Source of the DNA: Asterias rubens
Lineage: Eukaryota
Direction of reading: 5' to 3'
NCBI RefSeq assembly: GCF_902459465.1
Contig: NC_047072.1
Location: 16,182,001 to 16,246,000 of the forward strand
DNA length: 64,000 nucleotides
Shown: positions 1-13,900 of the stretch, in pieces
Numbering within the stretch: the stretch's first letter is position 1
Layout: the number at the start of each line of letters is the position of its first letter
Position numbers and translations under genes: made by a program
Notes under the pieces: model-generated
What the model saw: the letters and a program-made list of their open reading frames with translations, nothing else
The model's database searches: none
Told to the model about the DNA's origin: nothing

Positions 1-177
1 AACCATTTTTTTTGTGAATTAGTGTAAAAAAAATAGTTTATGGCCTTAACCAATCAACAAACGAAGCTAGAAAAATGTTTTCCATTGTGTTTGTCATCTT
101 TACTCAACATTCTGCAACCCTCACCCTTTTGCTCCACCACCAAATCATTTGACCGTTGACATTTTTATCAGATCTTA

Positions 178-339
<162 letters not shown>

Positions 340-3300
340 TTAAAAACCAATATGTTTATTTGTTGTTCATTTATTTATTTTATATATTTGAACACTTTTC
401 GGTTCCCGAGTTTACAGAACATACTACTATTTATTAATGCGCATAAATACAAAACATAAATTCTCATGGCACATACAGAGCAAACATGATCATCATAACA
501 AAAGCAACATACACAAATTGATTTTTTTTACTGAAAAATGTTAGAGACGAGGACAGTTATTTTTGTGTTGTATTTTCTTCTAACCGAATTGGCCTTGTTT
601 TGTTTTGTCACAATGAAGTGAATTGATAAAACAGAAAAACCAGAGAAAAGAGGCTTATTTGGAAGGTTAATGTATTAGTTATCCAATGTTACATGAAAAA
701 AGGGAAAGTTTCCGTATGGCGCCACCACTTTTTCATTCAATATGAAATAATGTAGTATCTGCGGAAAGTTATCCAATAATTCCTCACTAGATTTCCTTAT
801 CCTGCCACCAGCAGCATTTTTGTTATTCATATTTTATTTTTTATTTTGAGATTAAGATTTTGCTACCGCTGGTAACATTCATTCAAGCGAGTAAAAAAGC
901 AATGGCTGGATACGAGAAAATTTTTCCCTATAACCCTACACTACAGTTCATTATAATATAAATCTTGAATTCTGACTGTTCATTAAAAATATCAGTCTAT
1001 CAATCAACATCAATCAATCATCTAACGTCCGGATATTGGACAAATTATTTACTTTGTCAGTTTCTTATTCTTGGCAAGTTCTACAATCTACGCAAACTTA
1101 TGCTAAACGGTAAAACATTTACATATTATTTTATCATTATTTATTAGTTTACATGTTAGAATAATTTTACATCCTTACCTTGCTCTTTATCTGCCATTTT
1201 GGGGATTTATTTGGAATATTACCACACGTCGAACTGGATATATCGCACTATCAACACACACGTTTCCGCGCCAAATCTAACGCCGTTGTTCGAGTGTGTC
1301 ACACATTGCTTAGATGGTAACCAAGCTCATCTGTTAATTTGCGTTTGAGTTAACAAAGTACCAGTGGAAACGTAAAGAAAGTCAAGAGAGGGCGCTTAAC
1401 CAGTTGTCTGTGATGTGGATCTCGAAGGAAAACCACAGACATGCCGGGGGAGGTGGGGGGGGGGGGGGGGTGGCTACACATACCCATGCACATACCGACC
1501 CACAATTTGGGCGTTATTGGTATTTTTGGAATTTCGAGCAAAAATTGTGTTTTAAAGGCAGCTCGACGAAAATAATAGTCTCCCAAGATAGATAAAGTTC
1601 CTTATAGGGTTAGAGTTAGGGAACTGTACTTGCTGTGGGATGGAGGTAGCTCCATGTTGTAGGGGGGGGGGGGTTGTGATTGTGTGGTGCAACCACAATT
1701 TTTATTAGAAAAACTAAAACATGTATATTGTGTATCATTTATATACTTTTACTGCAGCATTTTATTTCACACAGGGCCAAGCAGTTATGGATTTCACTTC
1801 GCCCCTTTAATACATTCTTGCAAATTAATTTAATGTTTACATTTTAATTAACACTTGACACTGAGAAGTGCATTGCCCAGCAACCTTACTATGTGTCTGT
1901 ACTAACGAACCAAAGAATCATAAATGTTTTATGCTATTCAAGGGTTGTTTGTACACGGCCCCTCCACTTGACTCCCTCGTACCGTAGGACTTAGACCTTC
2001 AGTGAGTTCGTTCGTGGGGAGAAGCATTTTCACGTTCTTTGACAGGCTCCTCCTGCAGCCAGTTGGGGATGAGGCACTTGGTCTTCTTACGAATACCTCC
2101 CGAGCCTACAACTCTTCACCATTGTTGTTTCATTCGATCCCAACAAAAACTTAGCAATCTTAAAACCAAGTTGTAGTTTCCTTCTTGAGTATCCTCCGTT
2201 GTTTGCTCACTTGAAGATGAATTTCTCCTCAGCATGGTTTGCAACATGGTCATGCCATCATCTAGTTTGCCAATTATTTTGATCTAGATTTAGCGGAACA
2301 TGAAATAAAAGCAGAAAAGAAACAAACTTAGTGATTATTATGACTGACACGTTTCTGTAAATGTCAGTCTCAAAATAAACTCCAACGCGAAATTCTTTGT
2401 GCGTTTGATGCTGTCCATCAGGATTGCCGGGTCCTCGATTTGGCTTCATGGCAACCTTGTATGTTATGTATAAGCGAAATAGGGTTTTCCCAAGTGTTGT
2501 CTATGTCCCATTTTTGGCCCATCCATAACTCGTAAGGCCATATCGTGCACCGCTAAGTTAATGCACTCACTGTTTCCGGTCCCAACTTTAAAATATTTGT
2601 TAATTGACATTAAAATATTATGCATGTACATTGGACCATCTCCCCATGTTTGCATGTAGCTCTAAACTTTGGTAGACTGTGCTTTGATTGAGTTAGACTG
2701 AAAGAGGCCACAACATGCTAACTTCTTATTCATTGCTTCGACGTTAAACGAATAATGAACAAGTAATAGTAATGTGAATCTTACTACGCGCATCGTATGA
2801 GCAATCAAGTTATAATTAAACATTAATGGCTCCGAGTCACTTGACCCGTTTTCCTTGATTCCACGATCCAGCTCATTGAAACGAACTCTGAATTCAGGAA
2901 TTGATGAACGCGTGGTCGTATTCTTCCCATGAGAATCTATTCAAGACATTCAAATCTAAAGACGCTCTTTAACGAACTAAAAGTTCTTCTGTTCGATCGG
3001 CAGGAAGACATGACATATCTTACGCCAGTAGAGCTAGCTGAATAGTGCAGAGCTAACATGCACTTGATATCAGTTCCATTTACATCCCAACTTTACCGTA
3101 AACAGCCATTTAAATTCAGCACTTTGCAATCAAGCAGTACTCTGTACAGCCAAGTAGGGTTTGTAGTGTTTAATTTCACCCTCCCACTCGCTTGATTAGA
3201 GTTTTTTATTACATTATCGTCCGCAACTCTTAAAAATGTAAGAGTTACAAAGGAATTCAGTACAAAACAGGAGAATAAAACGCAGTCGATGAGAGAACTA

Positions 3301-6300
3301 GAAAAAAGATCGATCAAATCTGCATTTGTTCTTATTTGCCTTAGCTTCGAGAAGCCACCGTGAAACCATAGGCTCTAATAGAAGTCCAAGATCCGTTACA
3401 CATCCAGAGTAATAGATTCTTTCTTACTCAATTTTTAAGTACAGCTTTTGAGAAGAAATCATATGAATGAATGGAAAACGAAAAAGTACATCAGTTTTGT
3501 ACTTTTTGTGTTAAAGTGTTGTTGAGCAATTTTAGGTAAAGTTTAAAATGTCATTTCACATCATGTTATAAACTAAGAAGAGGTTTGTCACTGAAACTGT
3601 AAGTAATCCTTGCCAAAAAAAACCTATTTAAAACAAATCTAATTTGTCATTTTCTACGAATTTGTCGTTTTTACACAACGATGAAATGGAGGTAAATTGG
3701 CCCCTGCATGCCTTTATTTCGAAACAGGAAAATAATATTAGGCCCATTCCATCAATAACAGGTAGACTACTTAAAAAACGAAATAACTTTGTTTTTTTCA
3801 TTTGGGTTTCTAACTGTGTTCTTAAGACGGTGGAATAATTCTTGACATGGAGTTGGGCTAATAAAGAAATGAATAGAACATTGACAAAATAGCATAAAAT
3901 CCCACGTTTCATAACGAAAAGATAATAAAACTGAATAAATAAAAAGAGTTGGTCTTAATGGAATTATTGCCTGCTGAGAGTTCTTGTCTTTCAATTTAGA
4001 CTTCCAGCTGTCATGCTGTGCAACTAACCCTTGGGAACTCTAAGGAATAATTACCTCCAGCTTTTATTATAAGTCATGATATTATGGTAGGTATTGTAAT
4101 AAAAAGTCAACATATTGATATCTTTTATTAAAAGGAGATATCATGACATCATGGGTGAAAAGTGACCCGTAAACATTAATGTCAGAGGTGATGACATTTG
4201 CAAAACTTTAAGTCCTACTTTTGTTTGATTAAATAGACGTGGTTCCCTTTCTCTTGATGTGTGACCCTCAATAGACTTAGGGAAGATATGATTACATCTA
4301 AGATGTAGTAATACCTCTAGGACGAGGTTTGTTCCTGTGAGATTGGCCTCTAACTTGAAGAGCCAAGGGGATGGGATCCCTAAAGCAGTGTCATTGCGTC
4401 ATGGTATTGCCAATTCATGCCTACAAATCACGTATGCCTTGAGATCCACAGATGCAATCATAGTAAAGAACTTCCCACGGGAGTAGTACGCAAGGAAACG
4501 GCTCCAAATTAATATTTACTTCAAGGTTTAAAGTCCAAATATAGGGCAGCCCTTACCGTGCCCAGGGAGGAATGTAAGACGGTGAGAATATATTCCTTTC
4601 TTGGTTTCCGGCTGTCGGCAGTGAGAGGTTGTGGAGCATCTCATGGGAGGTGTAGCGGCACGAACACGGCGTGGCACTCTGCGAAGGCTAACGCTAGGCT
4701 GTGATCTTAAGTGGAATTGTAATTGTAATATGATTGTTCAGATGTGCGTTGCTTTGGGTAAGTAACCTCACGGGTCCTATACAAACTCCGTCATTTAAGG
4801 GGGCACTGACCATCTCACGAGTTCAGACACATCCGAATAACATCAAAGATCCCATTACTGATAACTATTTTTTTTTTATCTCCACAATTCCCTTGGAAAA
4901 AAGACATAAGCCTCGATAAATTCATTTAATTTGCAAAAGTCCTTCGTGGAAATGACAACGTTTCTCATTCACAATATTTGATAAGGGAATTGTAAAGATA
5001 AAATATGTTTACCAAAGAATAATGTACTTTCGCTGCGCAGCATGGCGTGACAAACATCGTGGGAAAACGTCAACTTTCTGATCACATCGTGACCATAAAC
5101 ATGAAGTGATGTTACACAAAATAGTAAAATTTTCCTAAAAACAATTCTTCTTCTTTTGATGTATTAAAAACAACGTGTACGTCTTGTTTGTGGTTCCCTT
5201 TTGTCGTTTCACGTTTATGGAACCAGTTTCACAATGCGCAAATCAGACACCAAAACATCAGTGAGAATCACATATTTTTAAAAACATTAATTGAGCTCAG
5301 GGCACGAATTACCATAAGTGACTTGTATTGTGACATCACACTTTACTTGGCAGTTAAGATTTATTCTCACTTGAGATCAGCCATTGAGTCACCTTTTCTG
5401 CAAAAAGAGTAAGCCGAAATGGTTCATCATTTAATTTAAGGGAAATAATATAGGTAAGAAGAATACAGATTTCCCTGACAGTTGCTGATGTAGTCAACAG
5501 GTGGCGCTACAGCCCAGATCCCAATCAAACCCATGAAGGAGATGTTCCCATTCAGATCAGATAGCAATGGCTATTTTGTTCGTAGAGTCAGAGAGAAGGT
5601 ATCAAATGGACATGTTGAAGACAGCCTCTATCCATGGCCGACTGCAATATTGCATCTCTTTTGCAACAATGACCTCAAAACAAAGAAACAAGAACCTGGT
5701 TGTCCCCTTTAATTTACGATCTGAGTGTAACAGAAGTAAAGTAAGACGTCTTCATCACTCAGTGTCTGACTTATTACATTAAGACTAGTTAGAAGGCCAT
5801 GAAACGACGTAAGAGACCGTGGAACACACCACTTGGCAAATTTGAAACATGTTTCATACGTCAAGAAAAATTCCTTATAGTAGCAATCATGATTTAGTCC
5901 AACGTCATAGTGACGTCATGCATTTCATTATCAGGAACACCTGCCTGTTCACTTAGCATGTACAACATGATGATGTATTGATTGATGAAGTCGTCCTATG
6001 TAGCCATAGGGTTGCATGAAACGTGCCGGCTTAGTTGTATTATTACACCTCACTGCAATAATCCTAGCCAAGTGCAGCAATAATCGACAACTGGTCCATG
6101 AAATAGTCTTCCCCAAACATGGCGAGAGACTCAAACCGTGCGTGTAATTACATCAAGATAGTGTGAAACTACCTCCAATAGGAATGCTTACAAATTATAC
6201 ATCGGCGGCTTGGCGGGAAAAGCTTAAACTAACCAAGAAAATAACATAACATGTGGATAACTCGCCTTCTGACCTTATGCAGTATTTACATGCCCTACAA

Positions 6301-7317
6301 TCCACCGACATCTGTGCTTGTTAAAACTAAAACCATAAACAACATTCACTCTCGGACTACTAATGGACAAATAAACAAAAGGAGCTCTAACATGGTGGGG
6401 TTGCATTAACACGAGCAGTGCAGAAGTCTCTTCAAATAAAGAAAGTAACATGGATGCAGATTAAGTCCCTACAGAGTTGTGACAAAGGGTTGGAAGAGTT
6501 CAGCTCCATATTCACTCAGTTTCTTGGCATTTCACATCTTTTTCTTCTTCAAATCTTCTTTTAGAAGAAGAAGATTTGATTTATCAAATTGCGATGCCTA
6601 TCAGTATACGTGAACTGTAATCATACAAAAACCACGGTGAGCTTCTGTCGACAGGGCAGGTTTTTTAGTCAGATGGACTAAGAAAAAACATGGAACGATT
6701 TCACTCTAGTTTGAAATCATCCATAAAGTAATGGCAAGCATACGTTTGAATATGAAATTAAATCAAAAACAAATAGGAAGATTTCCATTGCAATTACTTG
6801 AAAGAAAGTTTCTAAAAACAGTTCCACAGTAAAGTCCGCACCCAGATAATCGCTTATTGCAAAATCACTCGAGCACTAACATACGTTGAATTTAGAAAGG
6901 CCTTCAAAATAAAAAAAGAACAAGTCACAAAAAGATGTCTCATCAACTAAACTCACGCGTTAGTACGTATGACACGACTATTATTTTCAGTTGAACTGAG
7001 AAAACGTCGTCTACAGATGTTTCTCTGAATCTTCAAGTATTAAGACGTGTCTGTAATTGCCTCTTCTCAGTTTGTAATTAAGTCAATAGATCTCTTGACT
7101 CACAGTGACCGGTGTGGATGCAAAATACGGACACTTTGATACACTGACATTTCCAACAGACTATAAAATCACTCAACGTAGAGTCAAGTGTCCCAATATT
7201 AAGAATTGACCTGATGAACAGAGTATGGGAGGAACGCGTAGTGTTCACGTGATTGCAGCAGGCCAATAACACCGTAGGCAATGACGTCTTGTACCATGTG
7301 ACGTCTTGTACCATGTG

Positions 7318-8122
7318 GGCCCAATTTCATAGAGCTGCTTAACGGTCGATTTTGTGCTTAACGGGTGCACCTAGCAAGTTTTTCATTTCATAGCCTTGCT
7401 TAAGCAAGGTGTTTTGCTTACATAGGTAAGCAAACAAAAAAGGTCCTTAAAGCCTCTATTTTGCTTAAGCACCCTATTCACACAGCGCATAGTGCAACAC
7501 TCATTGCAAACGATGTTATTGTGCCGGCACAGCGGTGATTGTACGTGCGTTTGTACGGTAGGTGTAGCGAATAAACGAGTGTCTAAAATGCTTCAGAATC
7601 ATGCTGTACAATGTGTTATCTTCTTGTTTACTTTCAAGTTAGTGCGTAAACCTTTCGAGGGGCACTTTGAACCATTACAAATAATACATATCAGACACAG
7701 AAGGTGATGAATTTTTTGTTATCGCCACTCGAGTGCACTCCGCATTTATTTCGCCCTTCATTTTGTCAGCACCTTCTTCTTTTTCGCTTAAGCAAACGAT
7801 CTAAAATGTTGCGCGCGCAGTTTGTTTACGTGCTTAAGCTAGCAACCGCTGGTGAAATAGGTTTACGCTTAAGCAATTTTTGTTGCTACGTTAAGCCAAC
7901 ATATTTGCTTACTGTTAAGCAGCCCTAGGCCATGCACACAGTGCAAAATACACTGCCTTCTGTTTTGCTTAAGCAAACGATCTAAAATCTCCGCGCGCAG
8001 ATTGTTTACGTGCTTAAGCTCGTGCACGTTTAGCATGGAATCCGAATGGTTTTAAGCAATTATTTTTGCTACGTTAAGCGAAAAAATTTGCTTACCGTTA
8101 AGCAGCTCTATGAAATTGGGCC
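7318..8122. mobile_element. PIF/Harbinger-type non-autonomous element (805 bp)
   Basis: Perfect 29-bp TIR GGCCCAATTTCATAGAGCTGCTTAACGGT at both ends. Right flank CTG (8123-8125), left flank GTG (one mismatch to a CWG TSD). The interior carries many GCTTAAGC motifs and an internal duplication (about 7787-7840 vs 7967-8020). No transposase ORF. Confidence 0.85.
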
Positions 8123-8388
8123 CTGGAAATTTAAACCTCTCGGCAAGTTCACGTGGTACACGATGCTTTTTATTAGTAGGCAGGTGTCGTCCAATAATGA
8201 ACAGCAATGATGATATTAATTTTGATCTTAAACTTTGGAAAAAGCTTTGCTCCGGTTTTTCTATTCCTTCGCGATAATGCCATTCTAGACTTTGCTCCAC
8301 CAAATTCACCTTTTGGGACTCATCTGTTCATCCTTGTTCATCTTTGTTTATCTCTATAATGCTAATGCTGCGCCAACGTGCCCGTTGA

Positions 8389-9021
8389 AGGCTACTGGAC
8401 GCGTTGGACAAATACCCTAAGCATCATAATAAACTTACCCTAGCTTCTGGTAGTGAGTAATGGACAGCTGTTGATAGTATAAAACATTGTGAAAAACGAC
8501 TCCATCTGAAGTTATGTAGTTTTTGAGAAAAAATGTAATTTCTCAATAACATATTATTTGAATCTGAGAAAGACTTCAGGCCTGAAGCCTTTCTGATGCA
8601 TTTGAAAGCTCACAAATGTTCAGTGCAACAGGGGTGTCTCTTCTTGCATTATATTCCTGCAACTTCAATGACAAATCGAACCCATAATTATTTCCACATA
8701 ATGTTAGGATACACCAAGTGAGCGTAACCTACTGGGCCCAATTTCATGGCTCTGCTTAGCGCCGAATTCTGCGCTTACGAACACGATTCCCCGCTTACGT
8801 GCAAGCGCCGAATTTCTGCGCTAGCCTTGTAAGCGTAGAATACCTAGTAGTAATGAGAAGTACGCACGCGCAGAAGCCAAAATTCGCCGCTAACCCGTGA
8901 AATACGCTTGCCGTAAGCACATAATTCCCTGCTTCCGTAAGCGCCGATTCTGTGCTTACGGTAAGCAGAGCCATGAAATTGGGCCCTGGTCTTTGACAAT
9001 TACCAAACGTGTCCAGTGTCT
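8389..9021. mobile_element. Kolobok-type MITE family 1 copy, interrupted by a Harbinger MITE
   Basis: Right end ...CAATTACCAAACGTGTCCAGTGTCT followed by TTAA (9022-9025). Decayed left end AGGCTACTGGAC. Interior matches the other family-1 copies. Confidence 0.85.
8735..8985. mobile_element. Harbinger-type MITE (251 bp), nested
   Basis: TIR GGCCCAATTTCATGGCTCTGCTT at both ends, with a CTG TSD at 8732-8734 and 8986-8988. Repeated GCTTACG/CGTAAGC motifs. A near-identical inverted copy lies at 31645-31916. Confidence 0.92.
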
Positions 9022-11856
9022 TTAAATCATGCGTGAAGGACGGACAATCATTTTCTAGATCAAGATTCAGAAGATTGAAAGCTCTGACCAAGTTTTCAAT
9101 CAGACCAGCAGACAGAACTGATTCAGAACATTTCTAATTGCACTCTCGCCGTGTTTAGTCGACAGGCACAGCCTTTTTGAACCTTGTATAGGACGGGACC
9201 GGCTGTCAATATGGTCGTGTAAGTTGACAGCAAAAATGGCAATTCGTGTATTTTTTTGTGGACCTGTTCAAGCTGAAATAACGAACCTGGGCAATATTGT
9301 CTCTGCCTAGAATATCATTTCCCTGTTCTTCCTTTAAGGCATAATTTTAAATTACACAAAAAATATATCGAAGAATGCAAACCCTTGGTCTTTTGGCTGG
9401 TTGTGTTGGGTTTGTAGAGCATTTTTGAGACTGACTGAATAAGATACAAGGAGAATCATTTTTTTTTTAAAGTCATTTGTGACGTTTGGAGGGAATGTAG
9501 GGCCAGTAGCTCTATAATCCGAATGTTATAAATGCCAGAATTTTGACCGTAACATTATCCTTGCAATAATTAGTATACTCCGCTGGAGTACAATACTAAG
9601 CAACAGAAGTTCCCAGTGTCACTGAAAATCAAATCACGTTGGAATATTCCACTAAAGGTTCAAAACATTTTCTTGAGATGTAATGACAACAATATTTCAG
9701 TTCAACCATAGCATGAGCCTAACAGAAGGACCTGCCCTGAAATGTAACGTAAACAAGCTTGGGTTTACTCACAGGTGTTCTTCTTGCCCCTAGTCTATTC
9801 CAAACTCCATCAAGTACATCTCAATCCCTCCATACGCAAGCCTTGCCCTTCTCGCCTGAAGAACTACTTCCAAGTCACGTCAAATGAAATTATAATCTAT
9901 TATTCAGACATTTAGAAAGTAAAGAAACTTCAAAGACACCGCTAAATACAGTGTAAAAGGAACATGGCTGTGTTTCGAATAGTGAAGTAGTAGTAATGCC
10001 ATGATGGAGGAGGGTGTCTTATTTGAGCTGACAGTGTGCTAGCTAACACGTGATATTCAGACCCTCCCGGTTATTTGGATTGGAATGTTAAAGATACTTA
10101 TTCGTGGTTCATTAACATTGCCTTAGGGCCATTCATCATCAATGCATTATTATCAAAGCTATAATTAAGTTTGACGTCGCTCTGTGATGGTACATTATTT
10201 GTCTGTTTATTTTCAGGGGACTTCTAGCACTGATGCAACCAGAGTAGAGATAACTCAAACGATCTGGACACACAGTTTGCTCAGAGATACCAAACAGACA
10301 AGAAGATGTATCGGGGTTTGCGGACATGCACAATCAAAAGTAATAGTTTCAAGATGGCTGAATTATTAAACGATTTGTAACAAAATGACAGAAACCCAGA
10401 TACACTTACATCATATGAGATATGTCGTTATCCAATGATGATGCGTATTGCAGACTCCTTTAATTCGTTCCTGACAGACACTTTAAATATATATAAAAGT
10501 ACAGTACAGACGGCAAAATGACAAGAAGTTATGATCGATGAAAAAGAAGAATAAACATTGTGCATGAGGAAATCGTAAACAAGTTGGTCAAGTATAGATC
10601 GATGAGAATTATTATGCGGTAAGTCTGACTACTGAATCATGCTGTAAATTCGCTGTTTAAAGATCTTAAATGTTTTTGTTTTACCCATACAGGTAAACTG
10701 TTCAACAATCATACTTTTATGATTCGGGTTGATTAATTGATTGGATATCGAAGCAATTTGATGATGTAGTCTGATTAATTTTGTGCCAAGACGCCCAAAT
10801 CTGTAGCAATATTTTTCGGGAAACAATTGGCTTTTAAAGTCACGAGTTCAGGCTGAAGGTGTGTGCCAAGGATTTTCTTATCATGACTCTGTCTTCGTAT
10901 TGAATTTTGTAAAAGCAAGAACATTATTATTTTATATTTTCTTTATTCCGTCCATGTGAAACCAATTGAAAGTTAATTTTTAAGTGATATGATCATTAAT
11001 CATTTATATATCCGGTATCATGTCATTCTAGCTCTAATATAATATCAATGGTCACGATTTGGATTTCCTTGTTAATCTTGACGGAACACATTGAGGGAAC
11101 CAACTAGAATTTTCTGATTGAAACTTGAAAGATTAATCCTCCTATCGTTTGCTATTTGCAACTAATCATTACCTTCTTATCATTACACATCAATGTGAAA
11201 CAGCATGGGTTTCCCCCCGTGTCCGTCATCAGTGAGATCGAGGTTGATGGCATTGCTATAAAACATTGTTATCCTTTCACAAGAGGTGCAATTTCGCACC
11301 AATGCTAGAATCAAGCAAGGGACCATTGCTAAGATGCTCTCGTTGGTAAAGGGCTCTATTACTAAAGGCTTTCCTCTGAGCTAGAAACCACTATGGCCTA
11401 TTCTACGTCATTCCGATCCACGTAGATCCATAGCCCGAGATAACGGCTGGATTTAATACTAATTCATGTCCATGCTGCGATGTGATTTAACTTGACTTCA
11501 AGCATCAAGTCCACGAGGGATTAGTCTCACATCGAGGATTTACATGGATTAACCTGTCTTTATCAAACTAGGCTCATTTATCGTTGAATCGTAGCACCTG
11601 ATATAGTGACTATAGGGATTGACCCTTCATCCAAAACGCCTTACACTATGGACCCTGGTCTCCCGTTGGGTTAAGCCGTATTTTACATCTGTGTCGAATA
11701 ATCTCAAGTCATAGTCAAGAATAATAAACAGACTATGGATAACCTTAAAGGTACTGGACACCTTTGGTAATTATTGTCAAAGACGAGTAGTCAATTATTT
11801 GGACTCATATAATTATATCAAGTAGCAAGATAACAACGAAAGAAAAACACCCTTAA

Positions 11857-12204
11857 AGGGTGTATGTAACTTTTGTAGGACAAAAAACACAATGTCCACA
11901 GATTTACACTAAACTTACACAGTTTGAAGATAATGATAGTTAAGAAATATTAAGTGATGAGGTGCTGTAGTTTTGGGGAAATGAGCAAAACAATGTCATG
12001 TAAACAGTTTTCGTCTCATGAGACGAAAATTATTTTAATCATTTACAAACGGTTTTCCATGACATTGTTTTACTCATTTCTCAAAAACTACAGCACCTCA
12101 GTAAGTAATTATTTGAAGGGAAGCTTTCCACTATCATTATCTTCAAACCTTGTAAGTTTAATGTAAATCTATGGATATTTATATTGAAAAGGTACCCAAA
12201 TCCT
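11857..12204. mobile_element. Second TTAA-flanked (Kolobok-type) MITE, 348 bp, nested in family 1
   Basis: TTAA at 11853-56 and 12205-08. Imperfect TIRs (AGGGTGTATGTAACTTTTG vs reverse complement AGGATTTGGGTACCTTTTC). The host sequence resumes colinearly on both sides. Confidence 0.8.
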
Positions 12205-12620
12205 TTAAGTTGCACAATGTGTGTGCTTTCAGGTGCTTAATACAAGTTTTTAGGCCTAAAGTCTATAGTATCCTTTAAGTTGCACAATCTGTGTGCTTTC
12301 AGGTGCTTAATACAAGTTGTTAGGCCTAAAGTCTATAGTATCCTTTAAGTTGCACCATGTGTGTGCTTTCAGGTGCTTAATACAAGTTTTTAGGCCTAAA
12401 GTCTATAGTATCCTTTAAGTTGCACAATGTGTGTGCTTTCAGGTGCTTAATACAAGTTTTTAGGCCTAAAGTCTATAGTATCCTTTAAGTTGCACAATGT
12501 GTGTGCTTTCAGGTGCTTAATACAAGTTTTTAGGCCTAAAGTCTATAGTATCCTTTAAGTTGCACAATGTGTGTGCTTTCAGGTGCTTAATACAAGTTTT
12601 TAGGCCTAAAGTCTATATTA
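12201..12620. repeat. Tandem array, 70 bp x 6
   Basis: Unit TCCTTTAAGTTGCACAATGTGTGTGCTTTCAGGTGCTTAATACAAGTTTTTAGGCCTAAAGTCTATAGTA starts at 12201, 12271, 12341, 12411, 12481 and 12551, with only a few substitutions. Confidence 0.97.
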
Positions 12621-13488
12621 TTATTTGAGTGAGAAATTACCTTTTTCTCAAAAATTACGCTATTTCAGAGGGAGCTGTTTTTCACCATGTTTTATACTAT
12701 CAACGACTTACCAAGTAAGTTGTGATGCTGACAATTATTTTGAGTTTACCAATAGTGTCCAGGGCCTTTAAGGAATAGCAAAAAGGTATTCCCTTGTTAA
12801 ACTCTTTCAATAGATGAGGCTACATCAGTCTAAGGATCTTATTATTCAAGATAAATTCTTGTGGTCATGGGTCAAATGCTAATATGAAATAATACTTTAA
12901 TTAGAGTAATTTCCTTTACTGGTTTATAGCCTAAAGTTATTTTAAAAAAAATACTGTTATCACTAAAACAGAAAGTGTAAAATATACATGAATAAAATAA
13001 TCACAACTAATGTGATTGGAATGGTAACTGACTTGCTATAGGGTGATTGACAGGGAGCATTTGAATGTGATATAAAATAGAGTGTCAGACTGTATCCCAT
13101 GTGTATAGCGTTGGGATTCACATGCAATTAGTGTAGTATTCTCCAACTGGGACTCCAAGATGTTTTCGTTATGGTGTTATATACCTCTAGGGAGTATAAT
13201 AATTACAATAACAAAACACCAATGTAGCACCAATCCATTGCTTGAAGGAAGGTTGGAAGAATACTTAACACTTTGCTACCTAGTCAACTTAACACGCTTA
13301 GACGAGTCCATCAGATTCATCATTCGAAATAAAATGGACTCCATCTTCATCAATCTGTCGTCTTAAAACATGTCAAGTAGAGTCTACAAAATCCACCTTT
13401 TTGACAAGTTTCTCCCCCAACTATACCAGTCAGCTACTCGTGCTTGCTCGTTCGCTTCGCGAAAGATAATGGACAACACGCTACTTAA

Positions 13489-13900
13489 AGGGAAGGTATA
13501 CGCTTTGTAACCACTCTTAAATATAATGGCAATATTAAGCATACATCAGCTTTTGGGAGTATAAAGCATTTTGAGAAATATTTCATTTCGAAATTGTTAG
13601 ATTTTAATACTTAAATATTTATGTGCACGGTGTCTGTATAATATAAAAACAATACACATTTATAAAGCTGGTCGAATGCTTAATAAATAAGAGCTTTCTT
13701 TAAAAAGAAACACATTATTTATTTATTTGAACAAAGTGCACCCCCAAAAAACCAAGCTTGCTTCTTTCGTTTGTTTGTCTATTTTTTGGACGTGTTTCAG
13801 GTTTTACACTTATTATTTTACTTACGTGTACAGACATCACATACGCAGTACAAATGTCACAAAGTGTATGGCATTGGTCATAAGTGCTTGCTTTAAAAGT
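13489..13900. mobile_element. Probable left end of a further TTAA-flanked element (right boundary approximate)
   Basis: TTAA|AGGGAAGGTATAC start resembles TTAA|AGGGAACATATAC at 35301. No matching right TIR was found. Confidence 0.35.

Larger units (their letters stand above)
11749..12767. mobile_element. Kolobok-type MITE family 1 copy (opposite orientation) with a nested element and an internal tandem array
   Basis: TTAA (11745-48) | AGGTACTGGACAC ... GTGTCCAGGGCCT | TTAA (12768-71). Confidence 0.88.

Noticed and set aside
1606-1621. Telomere-like AGGGTTAGAGTTAGGG and nearby G-runs
   Set aside because: Fewer than three units; probably part of a small dispersed repeat. The G-run lengths may be sequencing-dependent.
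1940-4700. Patches with coding-like composition (also 11050-11700, 27860-28110, 38100-38350)
   Set aside because: Probably very old retroelement debris, but no diagnostic motif could be read with confidence.
8795-9091. Similar short ORFs at 8795-9091 (-) and 31591-31833 (+) suggesting a duplicated gene
   Set aside because: Both are translations of the same 251-bp non-coding MITE.
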